A DNA stretch of 64,000 nt from a bacterium (lineage in GTDB: Bacteria > Bacillota > Clostridia > Oscillospirales > CAG-272), in NCBI GenBank assembly GCA_004558975.1, contig SFZB01000002.1:2836-66835 (forward strand), read 5' to 3'. Every line of letters begins with the position of its first letter. The stretch's first letter is position 1. Of the stretch, positions 58,152 to 64,000 are shown in pieces. The notes below the pieces were generated by a model. The model made no database searches. It was given only the letters and a program-made list of their open reading frames with translations, and was not told where the DNA came from. A program made the translations under genes and the position numbers.

Positions 58152-59405
58152 ATGACCGATCTTGACAGACTGACAGAGCAAGCGGAGCGCGATCTCGCGC
58201 CCCTCTTCGCGCACGTTGACCGTGTGGCGCAGAAAAATACCGAGCGGGTGCTCGACGCTTTCCGCGAGGAGCGCGTATCGGACGCGATGTTCGGCGCTTC
58301 CTCCGGGTACGGCTACGACGACCGCGGGCGCGATGCGCTCGAACGCATTTACGCGCGTGTATTCGGGGCGGAGGCGGCGCTCGTCCGCCACTCGATCGCC
58401 TGCGGGACGCACGCCCTGACGATCGGGCTGTTCGCCCTTCTGCGTCCGGGCGATCTCCTGCTCTCCGTGGCGGGAAAGCCGTATGACACGCTCGACGAGG
58501 TCATCGGCATCACGGGCAAGCCCGGTTGCGGGAGCCTGCGCGACTTTGGCGTCGACTATGACAAGGTGGATCTGCTCCCCGACGGCACGCCCGACTATGC
58601 GGGGATCGAAGCGGCGCTGAAACAGCACGGCGACCGCGTCAAAGTGGTGTTTATCCAGCGCTCCAAGGGATACCTCGACCGCCCGACGCTGACCGTCGGG
58701 GAGATCGGGGAACTGACGGCATTCGTCAAGGCGCGCTCCGGCGCCGTCGTCATGGTGGACAACTGTTACGGGGAGTTCGTCGAGGAGCGGGAACCGACCG
58801 CGGTCGGCGCCGACCTCATCGTCGGCTCGCTCATCAAGAACCCGGGCGGCGGGATCGCCGAATGCGGCGGGTACCTCGCCGGTCGGCGCGACCTCGTGGA
58901 ACTCTGCAGTTACCGTCTGACTTCCCCCGGCGAGGGCGGGGAGATCGGCGCGACGCTCGGACAGAACAAGCCGATGTACAAGGGCTTCTTCTTCGCTCCG
59001 CACATTGTGGCGCAGGCGCTGAAGACCGCGCACTTCGCCGCCTATATCTTCTCGCATCTCGGCTTTGAGACCGAGCCCGCATGGGACAAGCCGCACGCCG
59101 ATATCATTCAGGTCGTGCGCTGCGGGAGCCCCGAGATCATGGTGGCGTTCTGCCGCGGACTCCAGATGGGGTCGCCCGTCGATTCCTTCGTCTCCTGCGA
59201 GCCCTGCCAGACGCCCGGGTACAGCGACCCCGTCGTCATGGCGGCGGGTGCGTTCACGCAAGGGTCGTCGCTTGAACTCTCGGCGGACGGACCCATCCGC
59301 GCGCCGTACCTCATCTATTTCCAGGGTGGTCTGACCTATGAGAGCGGCAAGGTGGGGATTCTTTCCGCCGCGCGCGCCGTCCTCCGGGCGAGGGGAGAGG
59401 CATGA
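58152..59405 (+). CDS. Methionine gamma-lyase-family PLP protein (YnbB / aluminium-resistance-protein family)
   Basis: FGASSGYGYDDRGRDALERIYARVFGAEAALVR and IQRSKGY; the family resemblance is by eye. Confidence 0.82.
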   Translation: MTDLDRLTEQAERDLAPLFAHVDRVAQKNTERVLDAFREERVSDAMFGASSGYGYDDRGRDALERIYARVFGAEAALVRHSIACGTHALTIGLFALLRPGDLLLSVAGKPYDTLDEVIGITGKPGCGSLRDFGVDYDKVDLLPDGTPDYAGIEAALKQHGDRVKVVFIQRSKGYLDRPTLTVGEIGELTAFVKARSGAVVMVDNCYGEFVEEREPTAVGADLIVGSLIKNPGGGIAECGGYLAGRRDLVELCSYRLTSPGEGGEIGATLGQNKPMYKGFFFAPHIVAQALKTAHFAAYIFSHLGFETEPAWDKPHADIIQVVRCGSPEIMVAFCRGLQMGSPVDSFVSCEPCQTPGYSDPVVMAAGAFTQGSSLELSADGPIRAPYLIYFQGGLTYESGKVGILSAARAVLRARGEA

Positions 59406-60547
59406 TGCGGAAACTTCGCTTTTGCCTGTGCGTTCTCACCCTCGTACTCGCGTGCGTCCTGCTCGCGTCCTGCGGGTCGGATGACGGGGCGCCGAAGGGA
59501 TTCTATCTCGCGTCCGAGCCGGAAACGGACGGGTTCTACCTGTACGTGCCGGACGAATGGTCGAAACAGCGCGCCTCCGGTGTCGTGACCGCTTATCTCT
59601 CCGACCTCTCGACCGCGAACATCAGCGCGTCGTATGTCACCACGGACAAGACCGACATGGGCGCCTATTGGGCGGCGTCGGAGGAGGAACTGCGGCGCGA
59701 CTTCACGGACTATACCCTTGACGAAACCTGCCCCGAGGAGACGGTCGTCGCCGACCGCCCGGCGTACCTCTATCGGTACGACGGTACCTATGCGGGCGTG
59801 AAATACGGTTTTCATCAGTATTTTATTCTGGTCGGGGACGACCCGTCGGCGGGCATGTACGTCATCACGTACACCGCGTCGAAGGACAGGAATACACGCA
59901 CCGGTACCATTGACTATGATAAGACAGTGGCGAACGCTGCCGCGATCGCCAAGAACTTTAAGATCTACAGCGAACAGCCGGGCGCGCGGCAGGATCTCGC
60001 CGATACGACCGCGCCGGCGCCCGATGGCATGAAGAAAGCCAACCGTTTCGACCGCTTCGGGCTCGACTTTTATGTGCCGGACACGTGGCGCGTGGATCTC
60101 TCCGACGGCTTCATCGGTGCCGTCGCCGGGGACGGCGCCTCTGTCGGTCTGAATAAGATTTCCTATGAAAGCGCCGTGAAGAAACTCGATCACTACGGCA
60201 CCGGCGTGAGCGAGAGCGGCTTTACGCAGAGCGACTACTGGAAACTGCTGCAGGCGGAGTACCGGGATTATTTCGACGACGAGACGTTTGAGGTGACCGC
60301 GGAGCCCGACTGGGAGGACGAAGAGGGGAAAGCCGGGGCGGTGACGCCCGAGGGCGGGGAATGCTCCTACCGTTCGTTCACCTTTGAGGGCAAGCGCGAC
60401 GGCAAGACGTACCGGGTGACGCTGTACCTGCTCTGGGAAACGGGCAAGGGGCGTAACATGTACCTGCTGACCTATACGGCGACCCCCGAGACGCATGATG
60501 CGCATATCGGTGAAGTGGAGCGGATGCTCCGGGAGATGCGGTTTTGA
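59402..60547 (+). CDS. Lipoprotein of unknown function with two similar halves
   Basis: Signal peptide plus lipobox (VLLASCGS). Motifs GFYLYVPDEW and LDFYVPDTW open two similar domains of about 170 aa each. Confidence 0.7.
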   Translation: MMRKLRFCLCVLTLVLACVLLASCGSDDGAPKGFYLASEPETDGFYLYVPDEWSKQRASGVVTAYLSDLSTANISASYVTTDKTDMGAYWAASEEELRRDFTDYTLDETCPEETVVADRPAYLYRYDGTYAGVKYGFHQYFILVGDDPSAGMYVITYTASKDRNTRTGTIDYDKTVANAAAIAKNFKIYSEQPGARQDLADTTAPAPDGMKKANRFDRFGLDFYVPDTWRVDLSDGFIGAVAGDGASVGLNKISYESAVKKLDHYGTGVSESGFTQSDYWKLLQAEYRDYFDDETFEVTAEPDWEDEEGKAGAVTPEGGECSYRSFTFEGKRDGKTYRVTLYLLWETGKGRNMYLLTYTATPETHDAHIGEVERMLREMRF

Positions 60548-61713
60548 CGGAAATTTATTTTGACAACAGCGCGACGACGCGCATTTCCCCCGAGGCGCTC
60601 CGCGTTTTCTGCGAAGTGTCCGAGGAGCATTACGGCAATCCCTCCTCCCGGCACAGTCGCGGGGCGGACGCGGAGCGCCTGCTCGACGACGCGCGGGGCG
60701 CCGTGCGCGGGGCGCTCGGCGCCACGGGCGGGGAGGTCGTCTTTACCGCCGGGGGGACGGAGGCGAACAACCTCGCAATTCTCGGGCGGCTCCGGGCGAA
60801 ACCCCGTTTCATGCGGGGCGGGAAGATTCTGACGACGGCGGGGGAACACGCCTCTGTCTCGCACCCGGTCGAATCCCTGCGGAGCGCGGGGCTGACCGTC
60901 GCCGCCATACCGACCGCGGGCGGGGTGCTCGACCTCGACACGCTCCGCCGCGAGGCGACGCCGGACGTCTGCCTCGTCTCCATGATGCTCGTCAATAACG
61001 AGAGCGGAGCACTTTACGATCTCGCCGCGGTGGCGAAGATCGTCCATGCCGCCTGTCCCGACGCCGTGTTCCATGTGGACGCGACGCAGGCATTTCTGAA
61101 AATTCCGTTCACGGTGAAGAGCCTCGGCTGTGACCTCGTGACGGTTTCTTCCCATAAAATCCGTGGCCCCAAGGGCGTCGGCGCACTCTGGATTTCTCCC
61201 GCCGTCATCAAGAACCGCGGGATTGCCCCCGTCACGCTCGGCGGCGGGCAGGAGGGGGATCTCCGCTCGGGAACCGAGAATGTGCCGGGAATTGCCGCAT
61301 TCGCCGCGGCGGTGCGTGACGGGCTTGCCGCTCGCGAGGAGACAATCGCGCACCTCGCCGACCTGCGCGCGTATCTTATCGACCGGGTACAGCACACCCC
61401 GGCGCTCGCCGAAGTGCGCGTCAACCTGCCGCCCGTGGCGGCGCCGCACATCGTCAGTCTGACGATGCCCCGCATCAAGAGCGAGACGATGCTGCATTAC
61501 CTTTCGTCCAAAGGAATCTATGTATCGAGTGGCTCCGCCTGCTCCTCGCATGACGCACATCTCTCGTCCGCCATGCTCGCTTTCGGGCTGACCGAGCGCG
61601 AGGCGGACACGACCGTGCGCGTGAGTTTCGGCGTCACGAACACGCGCGAGGAGGTCGACACGTTTCTCGCGGCACTCGCCGACGGGGTCGCGCATCTGAT
61701 CCGCACGCGATAA
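60544..61713 (+). CDS. Cysteine desulfurase (NifS/IscS class)
   Basis: YFDNSATT, the SSHKIRGPKG PLP lysine, and the SSGSACSS active-site loop. TTG start overlaps the upstream stop. Confidence 0.92.
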   Translation: MTEIYFDNSATTRISPEALRVFCEVSEEHYGNPSSRHSRGADAERLLDDARGAVRGALGATGGEVVFTAGGTEANNLAILGRLRAKPRFMRGGKILTTAGEHASVSHPVESLRSAGLTVAAIPTAGGVLDLDTLRREATPDVCLVSMMLVNNESGALYDLAAVAKIVHAACPDAVFHVDATQAFLKIPFTVKSLGCDLVTVSSHKIRGPKGVGALWISPAVIKNRGIAPVTLGGGQEGDLRSGTENVPGIAAFAAAVRDGLAAREETIAHLADLRAYLIDRVQHTPALAEVRVNLPPVAAPHIVSLTMPRIKSETMLHYLSSKGIYVSSGSACSSHDAHLSSAMLAFGLTEREADTTVRVSFGVTNTREEVDTFLAALADGVAHLIRTR

Positions 61714-61841
61714 AGCCCCCGCGCGGCGGAGGTTCGCATGCAAAGCCGGGTCTTTCGGCATACGGCGTGGTGTGCGCCGCTACGGAGTGATTTCCCGCCG
61801 CGCCGGTGACGGCACTGCGGTCAGCTTCGGGCGCCTGACCG

Positions 61842-62033
61842 TTATCTGTCCTCGCGGGCATCTTCCCGCGCGTCGAGCGCGAGAACGTAGAGACGCATCT
61901 CATCGTCGTCGTGCGCCCGCATGGCGCGCGTGACGAGCGCGCTCCTGCCCTCGGGGGAAAGGCGGCGGTAAGCGTCCGTCGCCCGCCGGTTATGTGCGAG
62001 CGCGTCATAGAATGTAAGCGGCTTTACGTTCAT
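61842..62033 (-). CDS. Small hypothetical protein (63 aa)
   Basis: ATG 62033 with SD gggagg 7 nt upstream. MNVKPLTFYDALAHNRRATDAYRRLSPEGRSALV... vaguely resembles YdeI-type C-terminal domains. Confidence 0.4.
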   Translation of the reverse strand: MNVKPLTFYDALAHNRRATDAYRRLSPEGRSALVTRAMRAHDDDEMRLYVLALDAREDAREDR

Positions 62034-62164
62034 TCGGTACCTCCCGCCGGCGTCGTCCGCCGGACTTTCGTCTTTCACCTGATGTCATCAGTTTGTACCT
62101 GCGTCATCGGCGCTACCCCCGGAAAAGGGTGGAAATGCGGCGGGGTACACGGAGAAAAACGCTC

Positions 62165-62641
62165 ATGCAACTGACATTACTCACCGTCGGCACGGTCAAG
62201 GAGCCGTATCTGCGCGAGGCGCTCGCGGAGTATGTGAAGCGCATCGGCGCGCTCGCGGATTTCCGCGAGGTGACGATCCCCGAGACGCGTATCACCGACG
62301 AGGATGACCCGAGAAAAGTAGGCGCCGCGCTGACAAGCGAAGGGGAGAAACTCCTCGCCGCCGCGCCGCGCGATGCCTATAAGATTGCCCTTTGCGTCGA
62401 GGGACGGGAAATGACGAGCGAGGAACTCGCCGCCTGCCTGCGCACCGCCGGCGATGCCCGCGGCAAGATCGCTCTCTTCATCGGCTCCTCGCACGGACTC
62501 GCGCCCGCCGTCAAGGCGGCGTGCGACCTGCGGCTGTCGTTCTCACGTCTGACCTTCCCGCACCAACTCATGCGGGTCATGGTCGCCGAGAGCCTGTACC
62601 GCAGTCTGACGATTATTGCCGGGAAAAAGTATCATAAATAA
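62165..62641 (+). CDS. rlmH: 23S rRNA (pseudouridine1915-N3)-methyltransferase
   Basis: LLTVGTVKEPYLREALAEYVKRI and the C-terminal LSFSRLTFPHQLMRVMVAESLYRS (SPOUT knot). Confidence 0.93.
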   Translation: MQLTLLTVGTVKEPYLREALAEYVKRIGALADFREVTIPETRITDEDDPRKVGAALTSEGEKLLAAAPRDAYKIALCVEGREMTSEELAACLRTAGDARGKIALFIGSSHGLAPAVKAACDLRLSFSRLTFPHQLMRVMVAESLYRSLTIIAGKKYHK

Positions 62642-62717
62642 CCGTGACCCTGATAGAATCGTTTTTGACGTACAAGTCTGTTCGTCTTTATTAAATCACT
62701 TTGATCAGGAGGAAACC

Positions 62718-63671
62718 ATGATGAAAAAACGGATTTTGTCGTTTGTCCTTGCCCTCGCAACCGTCGCGGCGCTTGCCGCGCTTTGCACGGCGTGCAGTTT
62801 CAATACCCGCCCGACGACGTGGCGCGGGAAATACAAGTACGATGACGCCAAGAAATACACCGCCGGAGTGAAGAACTTTGCCGCAGAGGCAGTGACCGAC
62901 CTCGACATTGACTGGGGCGCCGGAACGGTGCTCGTCGAGGAGGACGAGACGGTCACCGAGATCACGCTCCGCGAGACGGTCTACACCGGCAAGTCGGACG
63001 ATACCCCCGCCGTCAGCGAGGACGAAGTGCTGTATCACCGACTCGACGGAGGGACGCTCCGTGTGAAGTTCTTAAAATCCAAATGGGGAAAACAGGAGGT
63101 CAACGCGAAGATCCTGCACGTCCTGCTCCCGACAGGGAAAGCGCTCGGCACGGTGAGGATTCATTCCGACACCGCCCACGCCGAGGTCAGCGGCATCACG
63201 GCACAGCGGGTGGAACTCACCAGCGCGTCGGGACCTCTCGCCGCGACTTACGCCACGGTCACCGAACTCGACTGTGAGAGCGTGTCGGGAAACGTCTCCG
63301 CTTACGGCACGTTCGGTACAGCCCGGCTCAAGACCACGAGCGGCGAGGCATACGCCTGCACCTCTGCGGAATTCTCCGCGAAGCGTCTCGAGATCACAAC
63401 GGTGTCTGGCAAAGTCCTCTTGGGCGCGCGCGACGACCTGCTGGCAGAGGAGACCGTCGTCGAGTCCGTGAGCGGGAGCGTCAAGTTCCAGTTCTCGCAC
63501 GACACCGCGTATACGATCGATTTCACGACGACGAGCGGCACTTATTCCTCGCAGTTCGGCACCGATGAGACGCACACGGGGCACCGCTATACGGCAGGCA
63601 CGGACGGAAGACACATTTCCGTCACTACCACGTCCGGGAACGTCACCGTCACGCGTCTTGTCAAGTCCTGA
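62718..63671 (+). CDS. DUF4097-family lipoprotein (beta-strand repeat, putative adhesin-like)
   Basis: Lipobox LCTACS. Repeated ..SG.V.. strands and TTTSGNVTV at the C-terminus. SD aggagg. Confidence 0.75.
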   Translation: MMKKRILSFVLALATVAALAALCTACSFNTRPTTWRGKYKYDDAKKYTAGVKNFAAEAVTDLDIDWGAGTVLVEEDETVTEITLRETVYTGKSDDTPAVSEDEVLYHRLDGGTLRVKFLKSKWGKQEVNAKILHVLLPTGKALGTVRIHSDTAHAEVSGITAQRVELTSASGPLAATYATVTELDCESVSGNVSAYGTFGTARLKTTSGEAYACTSAEFSAKRLEITTVSGKVLLGARDDLLAEETVVESVSGSVKFQFSHDTAYTIDFTTTSGTYSSQFGTDETHTGHRYTAGTDGRHISVTTTSGNVTVTRLVKS

Positions 63672-63770
63672 CCCCCGGCGGCAGGCGGATCGACAACGAT
63701 TCGGCTGTGAGAGGGGGAATCCCGCTTTGGGGGACGGACTCTCACCCGAAATGACGGATTGAACAACACA

Positions 63771-63803
63771 AAGAAAACCCCCGGCGGTCACCCGCCGGGG
63801 GTT
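63771..63803 (-). terminator. Terminator of tpiA (hairpin shared with the convergent gene)
   Basis: aacccccggcgg / ccgccgggggtt 12-bp stem. On the minus strand it is followed by TTTTcTTTg. Confidence 0.7.
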
Positions 63804-63859
63804 CTTGCTTGATGACTTGTGCGTCCGACCTTGTGGGTCGGGGTGCGCCGCTTGGACGC

Positions 63860-64000
<141 letters not shown>

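Overview
This window is a 64-kb chromosomal stretch that looks like a high-GC anaerobic Firmicute (Clostridia-like). That assignment is my inference from gene content: [FeFe] hydrogenases, Rex, AdhE, an ECF-type ThiT, DarA and a type-A RNase P RNA. It is densely coding, with about 50 CDS and no rRNA, tRNA or CRISPR.

Main blocks, in order:
- a 5'-partial transglutaminase/LRR surface protein
- a complete atpZIBEFHAGDC F1Fo ATP synthase operon
- a minus-strand lgt-darA-chrA-chrA-pepF string
- DUF3737-patB
- a redox/H2 regulatory island: rex-adhE-kinase, then two [2Fe-2S] proteins, a PAS-containing sensory [FeFe] hydrogenase, a PP2C phosphatase and a second [FeFe] hydrogenase, with a LysR regulator and an inverted kinase paralog alongside
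- an SGNH hydrolase and a heterodimeric ABC exporter
- uppP and eda-kdgK
- a frameshifted LRR lipoprotein
- uvrB-uvrA followed by a dUTPase fused to Sel1-like repeats
- an M23 peptidase, hom, agcS, typA and thiN
- a TPP riboswitch with thiT
- RNase P RNA
- ade followed by a lone tyrosine integrase
- murD, a YnbB-like PLP enzyme, a lipoprotein, nifS/iscS-like, rlmH, a DUF4097 lipoprotein, and the 3' end of tpiA

The observations I rate highest:
- the HydS/PP2C/kinase/Rex/AdhE cluster
- the Dut-Sel1 fusion in the uvrBA operon
- a c-di-AMP receptor gene abutting a split ChrA-family transporter
- a two-carboxylate (Na+-type) c-subunit motif together with a C-terminally truncated epsilon subunit
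- an ade+integrase islet next to rnpB, bracketed by a short direct repeat
- a structured ade leader with no recognisable purine riboswitch

All calls come from reading the supplied translations and the DNA by eye. No database search or computation was run. The ORF track prints GTG and TTG starts as M, so several starts were re-picked from SD spacing.
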